A stretch of 64,000 nt of DNA. It comes from Rikenellaceae bacterium UBA1749. GTDB lineage: Bacteria > Bacteroidota > Bacteroidia > Bacteroidales > Rikenellaceae. The translations under genes were made by a program, and so were the position numbers. The stretch covers positions 921 through 64,920 of the forward strand of contig DCHP01000069.1 in the NCBI GenBank assembly GCA_002315675.1. The letters are read 5' to 3'. This document shows positions 30,944 through 41,153 of the stretch, piece after piece (the stretch's first letter is position 1; every line of letters starts with the position of its first letter). The notes under the pieces are model-generated. The model ran no database searches. It saw nothing but the letters and a program-made list of their open reading frames with translations, and had not been told where the DNA came from.

Positions 30944-32112
30944 AACTTACCATAGGTTTTAGGATCCGTACAATGTTTTTTGAGAAGTGGAATGGATAAT
31001 GACATTATCACCGTAAAGACAATAAACATTCCGATATCAAATAGTGCCAGTGAATAGTTCGGATTGTTCCTCATACCCTGTTCTATAAACAGTTGCATAT
31101 AATAGAAATACGGGAAAAAATATCCGATGATCTGAATAACAAAAGGCATGGCTACAGTCGGAAATGCCAGACCGGAAAACGAGAATGCTGCGACACCATA
31201 CAGGGTGCCGACCGACAATGCAAATCTAAGTGACTGGAAAATAGCAATAAATGCTATCGCTATCGACATGTATGAAACAATCAGTAAAATTGTGCCAAGT
31301 TCAATTAGAACAAGTTCAGTAAAATTGATTCCGATTCCAAGATACCGGAAAATTATTGTATTGAAGAAAATCGCTTCAATCTGAAAAATGATAAAATAGA
31401 CCAGCAATTTCCCGGCAAGTGCAATACTGATATTTCCACCTGCTATCTTCAGCCATTCAGCTGCAGTACCATACCTGAATTCACTTCCGACTGCATAAAG
31501 TGTTGAAAAAATAACAGCAACGACTAAGATAAGCGGGAATAGTCCAGGCAGCAGAAAATAGGCATAAGAAGAATATGGATTGAAAAGAATATGCTGATCC
31601 AGCACAATCGGATATGCCAGTTCATAGGCTTTTGATGAAGGTATACCTTGAGATGACAGCAGTTTTGTTTCGACTCCTATATTTAGAGCCTGAAATACAG
31701 TCATTATATCCTTGTATGCAATACCTGCCCTGCTTATATAGCAGCCATCTATTTCAGCACGGACTGATGCACTTGACAGGCCCAGAATATTGCTTTCAAA
31801 ATTATTGGGAATGTAAATAACAGCAGCTACCTTCTTCTGCCTCATCATCTTCCTGGCTTCGGTGACCGAACCGGTCTGAATTTTAATATATATGGAGGAC
31901 CTTGAATTAAGCATATTCACAAGTTGCCTGGAGGTTGTAGTCATACTTTCGTCACAGACAGCAATAGGAATGGAACTGACCACCTTTTCACTGAACATAA
32001 TAGCAAAAATGATAGCCAGAGCAATAGGAAAGACAACCGTAATAAGAGGTATGATTCTATGCCCCCCGAATCTGTTGATTTCCCTTACAAGAGTATTTCT
32101 GAATTCCTTCAA
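30940..32112 (-). CDS. ABC-2 type permease (YbhS-like)
   Basis: IPIAVCD..SRQL, LFNP..SY, FSGLAFP; TTG start. Confidence 0.88.
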   Translation of the reverse strand: MKEFRNTLVREINRFGGHRIIPLITVVFPIALAIIFAIMFSEKVVSSIPIAVCDESMTTTSRQLVNMLNSRSSIYIKIQTGSVTEARKMMRQKKVAAVIYIPNNFESNILGLSSASVRAEIDGCYISRAGIAYKDIMTVFQALNIGVETKLLSSQGIPSSKAYELAYPIVLDQHILFNPYSSYAYFLLPGLFPLILVVAVIFSTLYAVGSEFRYGTAAEWLKIAGGNISIALAGKLLVYFIIFQIEAIFFNTIIFRYLGIGINFTELVLIELGTILLIVSYMSIAIAFIAIFQSLRFALSVGTLYGVAAFSFSGLAFPTVAMPFVIQIIGYFFPYFYYMQLFIEQGMRNNPNYSLALFDIGMFIVFTVIMSLSIPLLKKHCTDPKTYGKL

Positions 32113-32115
32113 TTT

Positions 32116-33099
32116 CTACAAAGAATTATAATCTACAAGAACAGACATACCCAGTCTGATATTTGGAATATCCTTTTCTACAGGTTTTGCATGGATTTCA
32201 AATGATTTCACATCAAATTCTCCGCTTGCAGATGTAGCATTCCACGTTGCATAGGAAGCAAGTGGCGCTATGAAGGTTATTTCCATCTCAACATTCTTCT
32301 CAATTGCAGGAATGTATGTGTTTATCCTTTTACCGATTGTAAGTTTAGGCAGAAAAGTTTCCTTTACATTAAAGACTGCCCAGTAATCAGACATATCAAT
32401 GATTGTGACTATTGGCATCCCTGCACCTACAAGTTCGCCTACGGAACTTACTACAGAAGATATTTCTCCATCAACAGGAGAATACTGATGGGCATCATTG
32501 AGATAGCTGTCTACTTCATTCACACCACCTTCTGCCTGATTTACCATTGCAGCAGCAGCTTTCATGTCTTCTTTTCGAGCACCTTCAAGCGCCATATCAT
32601 ACTGATCCTTGGCCATTATTGTAGTATTGCAGGCTGCGCTATACTTAGCTTGAACTTCGTCGAATTTCTGGGCCGCAACGACACCTTCCTCATACAAGGC
32701 TTTTACCCTGTCATATGTCTTCTTCAGGATGTCTTCCTGAATCTTAGCGTTATGATATTGTTTCTGAGCCTGATCAATCTGTTGTTTCCTTGCTCCTGAT
32801 ATTGCTTTTTCATTCTGTGCTGATGCTGCATCCCTTAATGCTTCAACCTGTTGTTTCTTTGCATTTAGTGTCTCGGAATGAAGTACAAAGACAAGATCAC
32901 CCTTGGAAACTTTCTGGCCTCTTTTAACCAATATAGAGTCGACCCTTCCTGGCATCTGAGAAGATATCTTATATGAATCAGCAGAGATTTCTCCCTGGAG
33001 ATAGTTTGTTACAGGCTTCCAAATAAACCATGCGACAAAGGAAATAACAGATATTACAAACAAAATAATAATTGTCAAGCCAAAAATTTTTGATCTCAT
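32116..33099 (-). CDS. HlyD-family membrane fusion protein
   Basis: GRVDSILVKRGQ, SPVDGEI, YATWNAT..FDVKSFEI. Confidence 0.9.
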   Translation of the reverse strand: MRSKIFGLTIIILFVISVISFVAWFIWKPVTNYLQGEISADSYKISSQMPGRVDSILVKRGQKVSKGDLVFVLHSETLNAKKQQVEALRDAASAQNEKAISGARKQQIDQAQKQYHNAKIQEDILKKTYDRVKALYEEGVVAAQKFDEVQAKYSAACNTTIMAKDQYDMALEGARKEDMKAAAAMVNQAEGGVNEVDSYLNDAHQYSPVDGEISSVVSSVGELVGAGMPIVTIIDMSDYWAVFNVKETFLPKLTIGKRINTYIPAIEKNVEMEITFIAPLASYATWNATSASGEFDVKSFEIHAKPVEKDIPNIRLGMSVLVDYNSL

Positions 33100-33144
33100 T
33101 GTTATCTAACTATAGTTATGTCGTTATAAAAATTCTTTCTGGTC

Positions 33145-34563
33145 CTATTTTATTTCACGACCTGTCAACTGATATGATGAATACTGTGCCCAATCTCCGG
33201 TCATTGCAAGAAGTTTTGATAGAGCTACATCAAACTTATAGGCCTCTGCCATCCTTTCAATCTTACATTTTGACAGATTCAATTCAGCATCAACCACGTC
33301 ATTTGATGTTGCCATACCTTCCTTGAATGCAGCATTCTTTGCACGGAAATATTCTTCAGCAAATTTAATGGTACTTTCCATCGCATCCACCTGTTCCTTA
33401 GCCCCCATCATCTCATAATAGAGCTTTTCAGCCAGAATCTGAATATCTGTCTGAGCCTTTGCTTCAAGTTCTTCCACTTTCTTAAGTTGAGACTTTGATG
33501 CAAGATATTCCTGTTCTGATTTCAGACCATCAAAGATTCTCAATGATGCTGTCACACCATAGTAGTAGCGTGGAAGCAATGATGTCAACTGATAATCACC
33601 TATAATTGCAGTTCCCATAGCTGCAAGCGTAGGATAAAAAGCCGCACGTTTACCTTTTACATTTTCCTCAGCCAATTGCTTATAGAAATTGACCTTTTTG
33701 AGAAGAAGTGCATTTTCCTCCACCTTCTGCTTGAAAAATCCAAGATCAGGAATGGAATCTGTTACGAACAATGAAGTAATTGGGTTCAGTTCTCCCTTGG
33801 CTCCTGTGGAACCGGACAATGCCGAATTGACAACATCAGTATTGTTTCTTGCCTCAACATATGATGCTTTCGCCTTAGAAAGTGCCATTTCCGCATACAT
33901 TCTTTCTGTCTTTGCAATCATACCGCTTTTTTCCAGCATAAGAGCGTCCTTATGATGTGAAGTAATACAGTCAACGACGTCGCTATGCAAGGATTCCAAA
34001 GACTTGGAAAGAGCAAGCCCCCAGTATCTTTCGGTTATTTCGGTAAAAAGATCCGATTTTGTAATATCAAGTTCGTTTTCAGATTGATCTATCTTAATAG
34101 TGTTTGCCCTGTTCAAAGCATTTATTCGGCCACCGGCGTAAATTGGCAAGGCTGCTGAAACATTTGCAAAGCCGAAATTTTTCTTCTGCAGACTAAAATC
34201 CCAACTGAATCCAAGAAGTCCGTCTACCAGTTCCTGAGGGACTGTAATACCTTTCTGCCTTAGATATTCAACACCGGAAGTTACGGCATTATTCTTAATC
34301 TCATCGAAACTCATAAAATCCTTTTCCATTCCGATATATGCCGCAGATGCAGAAATCTGAGGTAATCTATAACCCCATGACGCTTTTTTCATGTGACGGC
34401 TGTACTGAATATCATTTTCAGCAGCAGCTATTGCATGATTATTTGCAAAAGCACTGGAGATGGCATCGTCCAAGGTCATTACAACAGTCGTTGAATCCTG
34501 AGCCTTGACAAAAGTTACAAGAAGTAACGACAATAAAAAAATAGATAACAGTTTTTTGTTCAT
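33145..34563 (-). CDS. TolC-family outer membrane protein
   Basis: Signal peptide, MTLDDAI, PIYAGG, FKEGMATS..VVDAE. Confidence 0.9.
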   Translation of the reverse strand: MNKKLLSIFLLSLLLVTFVKAQDSTTVVMTLDDAISSAFANNHAIAAAENDIQYSRHMKKASWGYRLPQISASAAYIGMEKDFMSFDEIKNNAVTSGVEYLRQKGITVPQELVDGLLGFSWDFSLQKKNFGFANVSAALPIYAGGRINALNRANTIKIDQSENELDITKSDLFTEITERYWGLALSKSLESLHSDVVDCITSHHKDALMLEKSGMIAKTERMYAEMALSKAKASYVEARNNTDVVNSALSGSTGAKGELNPITSLFVTDSIPDLGFFKQKVEENALLLKKVNFYKQLAEENVKGKRAAFYPTLAAMGTAIIGDYQLTSLLPRYYYGVTASLRIFDGLKSEQEYLASKSQLKKVEELEAKAQTDIQILAEKLYYEMMGAKEQVDAMESTIKFAEEYFRAKNAAFKEGMATSNDVVDAELNLSKCKIERMAEAYKFDVALSKLLAMTGDWAQYSSYQLTGREIK

Positions 34564-34826
34564 TTTCACCTATGATTGTATTAGGTGCAAATTTGCGAAA
34601 AAAACGGATATAGACAAAGACAATTTACTTGTATTATCCAAATAATAAGCACTTCTGACAGACTCAGAGGGTAATCAATCAATTTTTGTTACCTTGAAGG
34701 CAAAAAAACAGATACCACCTTTTGACCAAAAGATAAAATTTATTACAGGCAGTAGAAGTCACAATGAAAACAAGCAACTACATCTTGGCAGCTGCACTTC
34801 ATTATTGTTTTTATTTCATCACTACC

Positions 34827-34927
34827 TGACTTGTATTTATGGCGACACTACCACATAGATGTTATGACAGCACTGCCTAAGTGGTATTAACAGGTGACTT
34901 CACACATAGTTATTATGGTGACACTGA
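34827..34927. repeat. Degenerate ~25-bp tandem repeat (4 units)
   Basis: TTATGGCGACACT 34837, TTATGACAGCACT 34862, weak unit at 34887, TTATGGTGACACT 34913; CACATAG at 34852 and 34903. Confidence 0.5.
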
Positions 34928-35036
34928 CAGAATATTCTGTCGGGAGTTACAGGACTGCCCATATCAAATTTCATGCACCTGAAATAGACTATGTCAGAAT
35001 AATTAGTATTTTTGCTTAGTTGAAAAACAAAAGGTT

Positions 35037-36680
35037 ATGCGTAATAGAATTATCATACTATTTATCTTATCAATATCGTTATGTTTCAATGACGTACTAG
35101 CTAATGAAAGCAACAAAGAAGACACTCTGCATGTATGGAGGTCGAACCAGCCAGTTGTAATAGGTCGCAGAAACAATATAGTTCTTGATCTTTCATGCGA
35201 AGGCAAGAAAATCAATTCTATTAGCATATCACTGAAGGAAGCCAGGGGAAAAGTCGACAAAATAGAACTATACTATACAGGAACGACATCCATGCTATTC
35301 AGCAGAACCACATCAAGTGCCCTTATTTCACATCAGTCCATATACGGAGGTGGACAGAAGATATATTCAAATCCTTCATACAGCGTACTAAAGACAAGTG
35401 TTGATTATTCTAGCAAAAAGGATGGGGATAATGTAACATTAAATGCGGACATGAACCTGTATCAAGGTGGCAGGAACTATTTCTACATCTCTGTTGCGGC
35501 AAATGCAGCAGTGCCATTGTCGGAAAGTTTTGATATTCACATTACAGGAGCTAAAATTGATGGTAAGGATGTTATCATCCGTGAAGATGGCGAGAATCTT
35601 CCTGTAAGGTTTGCTGTTAGCGTCAAGGATGCCGGCGATGAAGGAATTTTTGCATACAGAATACCTGGAATTGTAACAGCCGGTGACGGGACTTTGGTTT
35701 CAGCATACGATATCAGAAGAAATTCAAGTATTGACTTACAGGAAGACATACAGATTGGAGTCAGCCGTTCCAGAGACGGAGGAAGAACCTGGAGCAAGAA
35801 CATCCTGGCAATGGATATGAGAGGTACAAATTCTCTGCCTGATTGTCAGAACGGAACAGGCGACCCGTCAATACTGATTGATCCCGAGACGGGCAGGATA
35901 TACATTATGGCACTCTGGACTCATGGTATCGGAGCTTCTACTTCATGGCAGCATTGCAAAAGAGGATTTAATCCTGAAGATGGAGCAGCTCAGGTACTTC
36001 TTATCGAGAGTTCAGATAATGGAAAGACATGGTCAAAGCCATTGAATATCACAAGGCAGATAAAAGATTCCCTATGGTTCATCCTTCTTCAGGGACCTGG
36101 CAGAGGAATTGCAATGAAGGACGGAACACTGGTATTTCCATTCCAATATAAAGATGAGAACGATTTTCCTGCCGCAACAATTGTATATAGCAAAGACAAG
36201 GGAAAAACATGGACTATCGGATCCAGAGCAAGGGAAAACACCACAGAGTCACAGGTTGTGGAAATGAAGGACGGGTCACTTATGCTCAATATGAGAGACA
36301 ACAGAGGTGGTTCAAGAGCCGTTTCCATAACAAAAGATATGGGAAGGACCTGGTACGAGCATTCCTCATCCAGATCACTTCTCAGAGAACCTGTCTGCAT
36401 GGCAAGCCTTATAAGAGTCGAGGCAAAGGACAATTGTCTCGGAAAGGACATACTTTTCTTTTCGAATCCGGATACGACAACAAAACGTAATCATATTACC
36501 ATAAAGGCAAGTCTTGATGAAGGTATCACATGGAACGAAGGACTTCTGATAGATGCTGAGAACGGATGGGGATATTCATGCCTGACTATGATAGACACTG
36601 AGACAATCGGAATTCTATACGAAAGTTCTAAATCTCATCTACTGTTTCAGGCAGTCAAAATAAAGGATATTATTAAATAG
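35037..36680 (+). CDS. nanH: Sialidase (GH33), NanH-like
   Basis: YRIP motif, Asp-boxes (SRDGGRTW, SSDNGKTW, SKDKGKTW, SLDEGITW), GYS; TATTTTTG -7 at 35007. Confidence 0.92.
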   Translation: MRNRIIILFILSISLCFNDVLANESNKEDTLHVWRSNQPVVIGRRNNIVLDLSCEGKKINSISISLKEARGKVDKIELYYTGTTSMLFSRTTSSALISHQSIYGGGQKIYSNPSYSVLKTSVDYSSKKDGDNVTLNADMNLYQGGRNYFYISVAANAAVPLSESFDIHITGAKIDGKDVIIREDGENLPVRFAVSVKDAGDEGIFAYRIPGIVTAGDGTLVSAYDIRRNSSIDLQEDIQIGVSRSRDGGRTWSKNILAMDMRGTNSLPDCQNGTGDPSILIDPETGRIYIMALWTHGIGASTSWQHCKRGFNPEDGAAQVLLIESSDNGKTWSKPLNITRQIKDSLWFILLQGPGRGIAMKDGTLVFPFQYKDENDFPAATIVYSKDKGKTWTIGSRARENTTESQVVEMKDGSLMLNMRDNRGGSRAVSITKDMGRTWYEHSSSRSLLREPVCMASLIRVEAKDNCLGKDILFFSNPDTTTKRNHITIKASLDEGITWNEGLLIDAENGWGYSCLTMIDTETIGILYESSKSHLLFQAVKIKDIIK

Positions 36681-36689
36681 CAAATAATT

Positions 36690-37505
36690 ATGTCAACAGA
36701 AACAGTTACAAAAGTAGTAACGACACACCGTCTGGCTGAAATGAAAGCCAGAGGAGAAAAGATCTCAATGTTAACTGCATACGACTACACGATGGCTGGC
36801 ATTATTGATGCTGCCGGTATAGATATGATACTTGTCGGAGATAGTGCAGCCAATGTCATGGCCGGATATCAGACAACAGTTCCATTTACACTTGATGAGA
36901 TGATTTACCATGGCAAGTGCGTGGTTCGTGCCGTCAACAGAGCACTCGTCGTTGTGGATATGCCTTTTGGAAGTTACCAGGGTGATTCAAAGGAAGCCTT
37001 GCATTCTGCCATCCGCATAATGAAGGAAACAGGAGCAAATGCTGTTAAAATTGAAGGCGGGGAAGAAGTAATTGAAGGAATAGAAAGAATTCTGACAGCA
37101 GGGATCCCGGTCATGGGACACCTCGGACTCACACCACAAAGCATAAACAAGTTCGGAACATTTTCCGTTAGAGCCAAGGAAGAAACTGAAGCTGAAAAAC
37201 TATATAATGATGCTCTTCTCCTTGAAAAGGTAGGCTGTTTCGGAATCGTACTTGAAAAAATACCAGCTATACTAGCTGAAAAAGTTGCAAAAGCAGTAAA
37301 GATCCCTGTGATAGGTATTGGCGCCGGCAATGGCGTTGACGGACAGGTTCTTGTTTCGTACGACATGCTTGGACTGACCCAGGGATTTTCTCCTAAATTT
37401 CTAAGGCGTTATGCAAACCTTCAGGAAATTGTTTCGAATGCTGTAGGCCAGTACAACAAAGATGTTAAAAGCCTGGACTTTCCGAATGATTCAGAACAGT
37501 ACTGA
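36690..37505 (+). CDS. panB: 3-methyl-2-oxobutanoate hydroxymethyltransferase
   Basis: [35 protein letters not shown]. Confidence 0.97.
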   Translation: MSTETVTKVVTTHRLAEMKARGEKISMLTAYDYTMAGIIDAAGIDMILVGDSAANVMAGYQTTVPFTLDEMIYHGKCVVRAVNRALVVVDMPFGSYQGDSKEALHSAIRIMKETGANAVKIEGGEEVIEGIERILTAGIPVMGHLGLTPQSINKFGTFSVRAKEETEAEKLYNDALLLEKVGCFGIVLEKIPAILAEKVAKAVKIPVIGIGAGNGVDGQVLVSYDMLGLTQGFSPKFLRRYANLQEIVSNAVGQYNKDVKSLDFPNDSEQY

Positions 37506-37549
37506 TCTCAATGAGCAGCTACTAACCCAAAACGGCTGTCTTTAACTAT

Positions 37550-37648
37550 GAGTAAACTTGAAAAAGTCCAAATATTGAGAAACACCCCCAATTCCAGAGA
37601 CCTGTAATAGTGGTAACAATGACAAATAATACTTTTTCAAGTAGACTC
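37550..37648 (+). mobile_element. MITE family 1 copy, TSD AACTAT
   Basis: GAGTAAACTTGAAAAAGT..ACTTTTTCAAGTAGACTC; perfect 6-bp flanking repeat. Confidence 0.92.
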
Positions 37649-37729
37649 AACTATAATATACCACCATAGACGACTGTTCTGAGATAAAGTTCTGAATTTC
37701 ATTGATTTTTGATAATAATATCTGATATT

Positions 37730-37761
37730 TTTGACTGGAAATAACTATTGAACTACATTTG
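37730..37761 (+). promoter_or_regulatory. Bacteroidetes -33/-7 promoter
   Basis: TTTG-N20-TACATTTG upstream of the NYN gene. Confidence 0.7.
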
Positions 37762-37810
37762 CAGAAAATATCGTGCATAGAATTTAGGAACCTATTTATT
37801 TAAAAAGAAT

Positions 37811-38443
37811 ATGACAAGGATTGCAATATTTTACGATGGGAATTTCATACTCCACTCATCAAATTACTATTGTTACATTCATGACATAAAGAAAAGAATA
37901 GCATTAGGTGGACTTCAGAAATATTTCATAAGCAAGGTCGCTGAAATAATTGAGGAACCGGAAAAATACATAAAGATATCCCAGAGTCATTATTTCAGAG
38001 GAAGATTGAACGCCTTTGATGCATCAACAAGAGGTAACCAGCTCTACAACGACAGAGTCTTTGATGACATACTGATGTCAGAGGGTATTCAGACCCATTA
38101 TCTTCCGCTCAGAAACGTATCAGGCAAAAAGGAGGAAAGCGGAACAACAGTAGGGCTTTCGGTTGAAGCAATCCAGGTAGTCGAAAGACACCTTGCTGAT
38201 GTTGTACTGTTTGTTGTTTCCGATGCGGATTTCCTTCCTCTTATAAGAAAGATGAGAGAATACGATGTCTACACCATTGTCGCAGGATGGGATTTTGAAT
38301 ACGTCAATGACGATGGGACCAAGGTAACGACTAGAACCAGTCAGGACCTTAGAAACACTGCAGACTACTCTATCATGTTGACTGAGGAAATTGATGAAGG
38401 ACTGAATAATCATGATGAGACAATAGAAAATATCTTCATCTAG
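37811..38443 (+). CDS. NYN (LabA/DUF88, PIN-like) domain protein
   Basis: IAIFYDGN, VSDADFLPL, VAGWDF, SQDLRNTAD. Confidence 0.85.
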   Translation: MTRIAIFYDGNFILHSSNYYCYIHDIKKRIALGGLQKYFISKVAEIIEEPEKYIKISQSHYFRGRLNAFDASTRGNQLYNDRVFDDILMSEGIQTHYLPLRNVSGKKEESGTTVGLSVEAIQVVERHLADVVLFVVSDADFLPLIRKMREYDVYTIVAGWDFEYVNDDGTKVTTRTSQDLRNTADYSIMLTEEIDEGLNNHDETIENIFI

Positions 38444-38550
38444 CAATAATATTGAAGTGGTAATATAACAACAGACAATAAAAGACAAAATACAGCCATA
38501 TATATTTTTTCACTATACCAGCAGGTATGTTACAAACACATATAAAAAAT

Positions 38551-39762
38551 ATGAAGACAAGGCTTTTATCCATACTTATAATCATATCATCCGTACTGAT
38601 TTGCGGATGCAAGAACAATGAACCTGAACCTGAAGTAAACAAAAGGACCATTCTTGTATATATGATAGCGGATAATAATATATATTATGATGCTCTGACA
38701 GACATCAATGAGATGGAATATGGATGGAATGATGGTTATTATGGGGACCTTCTTGTTTTCCTTAACGGAATAGACGGAGAAAATACGTTGTATAGGATTA
38801 ATCATGATGACGATGATAATGCTATCAATAGTACAATTGTCAAGACATATCCTCAAAATAGTAAAGTTTGTACCAAGGAATTCCTGAGAGGGGTTATTTC
38901 CGATGCAATGAATCTGTACCCAGCCAACAGTTACGCACTTGATTTATGGTCACATGGAACCGGATGGCTTCCAAAGGGGGAAGGATATCCGTTGACCATA
39001 TATGATGAATGGGTATCAGAAACATGTACGAGCAATGCAAACTACTCTAGGATTCCTGTCATTCAAGCAGGGGTTTTCGGTGTCGATAGAACAAACAATG
39101 GGTATTTTGAAGCCTACGACCTTGCTGAAGCCCTGTCTATTTACAAGTTAGATTACCTGTTCTTTGATGCATGCAATATGGGTTCTGTTGAATGTGCTTA
39201 TGAAATGAGAAACTGCTGCGAGTACTATATATCATCAGCAGCAGAAATACCTTCCAAAGGAGCGCCATACGATGTAATCATTTCTGATATGTTCGCCCAG
39301 CCAAGAGCGAATGTAAAGGGCATTGCCGAAAAATTCTACAACTATTACAATGCTTTGGAAGGCTATAGCAGAACTGCTACAATTTCCGTAGTTGATTGCA
39401 GCAAACTTAAAAACGTAGCATCTGAACTTAGCAAGATTGTCACCAAGAATCCGGAAATTCCATTGAGTTCAATCCAACAATATGGAAGGGCTCTCACGGG
39501 TAAATATGAATGTTTTTTCGATTTGGAAGATTTTGTCCAGCAGACATGGGGATTAACAGCAAGTGCCGGTTTTTCTGCAGCACTCAATGACGCTGTCATA
39601 TACAAGGCTGCCACTCCTGAATTATTCGAAGATATAATAGTAAATCACCATTCAGGACTTTCGTGCTATATTCCTATAGCAGAACAAACAAATTGTATGT
39701 ACATTTACAACGAATATTATTCCTGGGCTACTGACAGTGGTCTTGGAGCTATGGTAGAATAA
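38551..39762 (+). CDS. Clostripain-family (C11) cysteine peptidase lipoprotein
   Basis: Lipobox ICGC; VYMIADNN, WSHGTGW (His), FDACNMG (Cys). Confidence 0.9.
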   Translation: MKTRLLSILIIISSVLICGCKNNEPEPEVNKRTILVYMIADNNIYYDALTDINEMEYGWNDGYYGDLLVFLNGIDGENTLYRINHDDDDNAINSTIVKTYPQNSKVCTKEFLRGVISDAMNLYPANSYALDLWSHGTGWLPKGEGYPLTIYDEWVSETCTSNANYSRIPVIQAGVFGVDRTNNGYFEAYDLAEALSIYKLDYLFFDACNMGSVECAYEMRNCCEYYISSAAEIPSKGAPYDVIISDMFAQPRANVKGIAEKFYNYYNALEGYSRTATISVVDCSKLKNVASELSKIVTKNPEIPLSSIQQYGRALTGKYECFFDLEDFVQQTWGLTASAGFSAALNDAVIYKAATPELFEDIIVNHHSGLSCYIPIAEQTNCMYIYNEYYSWATDSGLGAMVE

Positions 39763-39782
39763 AAAAAAAAGACAAATAGAAT

Positions 39783-41009
39783 ATGAGTTATTTATTTACG
39801 TCAGAATCTGTATCTGAAGGGCACCCTGACAAAGTGTCCGATCAGATTGCAGATGCCATTTTGGATGAATTTTTAAAAAGGGACATTAATAGTAAGGTTG
39901 CATGCGAGGTACTTTGTACCACTGGGCTTGTTGTTATTTCCGGAGAAGTCAAGAGTGAGGCATATGTCGACATAGAGGCAACCGCAAGAAAAGTTATCAG
40001 AACCATTGGATACAATCGTTCGGAGTTGATGTTTGACGATCGTTCATGCGGACTTCTATCTGCAATCCACGAACAGTCTCCAGACATAAACCAGGGTGTA
40101 GAAAGGGAAGACCCTGAACAGCAGGGTGCCGGAGACCAGGGTATCATGTTCGGATATGCAACAAATGAGACAAGTACCTATATGCCGGCAACACTTGCTC
40201 TTGCACACCAGATACTGATAACATTATCAAAGATACGTCACGAAGGCAAAATAATGACATATCTTCGCCCTGATGCCAAGTCACAGGTTACAATTGAGTA
40301 CTCTGAAGATGGCAAACCAGTAAGGGTTCATACAATTGTAGTTTCAACACAGCATGACGACTGGGTATCTGTCGAAAAAATCAAACAGAATATCATGGAC
40401 ATAGTAATTCCTGAGGTCAAAAAGACACTTCAGGAGCGTGGAGACAAGTTAGCCGAGCTTATTGATGACAATTACATACTTCACGTGAATCCTACAGGAA
40501 AATTCGTCATCGGCGGTCCCGCTGGTGATACCGGTGTTACAGGAAGAAAAATAATTGTTGACACATATGGTGGCCGTGGTGCACATGGTGGCGGTGCCTT
40601 CTCAGGAAAGGACCCATCAAAAGTAGACCGTTCAGCAGCATATGCTCTTCGTCATATTGCCAAGAACATGGTAGCTGCTGGTATTTCAGATGAGGTTCAG
40701 ATACAGATTGCCTATGCAATCGGTCTGGCACAGCCTGTAAGTCTCAAGGTTGACACTTTCGGGAAATCCCATGTCGGGATGTCAGATAGTGAAATCAGCG
40801 AAAAAATTCTTTCAATGTTTGATCTTAAACCTGCATCGATAATCAGAAGGTATGGATTAAAGAATCCTATTTTCCATGAAACAGCAGCTTACGGGCATTT
40901 CGGCCGTGAACCATTTGAAAAGGTTGTAGACGGCAAAAACATACAGTTCTTCTCATGGGAAAAGCTTGATGAAGTTGATCGTATAAAGGAGGCTTTTTCA
41001 ATCAGATAG
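39783..41009 (+). CDS. metK: S-adenosylmethionine synthetase
   Basis: FTSESVSEGHPDK, GAGDQG, GGGAFSGKD. Confidence 0.98.
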   Translation: MSYLFTSESVSEGHPDKVSDQIADAILDEFLKRDINSKVACEVLCTTGLVVISGEVKSEAYVDIEATARKVIRTIGYNRSELMFDDRSCGLLSAIHEQSPDINQGVEREDPEQQGAGDQGIMFGYATNETSTYMPATLALAHQILITLSKIRHEGKIMTYLRPDAKSQVTIEYSEDGKPVRVHTIVVSTQHDDWVSVEKIKQNIMDIVIPEVKKTLQERGDKLAELIDDNYILHVNPTGKFVIGGPAGDTGVTGRKIIVDTYGGRGAHGGGAFSGKDPSKVDRSAAYALRHIAKNMVAAGISDEVQIQIAYAIGLAQPVSLKVDTFGKSHVGMSDSEISEKILSMFDLKPASIIRRYGLKNPIFHETAAYGHFGREPFEKVVDGKNIQFFSWEKLDEVDRIKEAFSIR

Positions 41010-41050
41010 TCAATTACTGAAGAATCAGCACAAAAACATATCATCCCTTT

Positions 41051-41087
41051 CAATCCTCAGCCAATGAAGCTGGGGATTGTTTTTTTT
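41051..41087 (+). terminator. Intrinsic terminator after metK
   Basis: CAATCCTCAGC/GCTGGGGATTG stem plus T8. Confidence 0.8.
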
Positions 41088-41153
41088 ACTTATATAGCAA
41101 CTTTAGAAAAAAAATTAGTATTTTTGTCTTATTGATTGGTAAAAATAGGAATT

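Noticed and set aside
39762..39783. SAM riboswitch upstream of metK
   Set aside because: Only 20 bp of intergenic space
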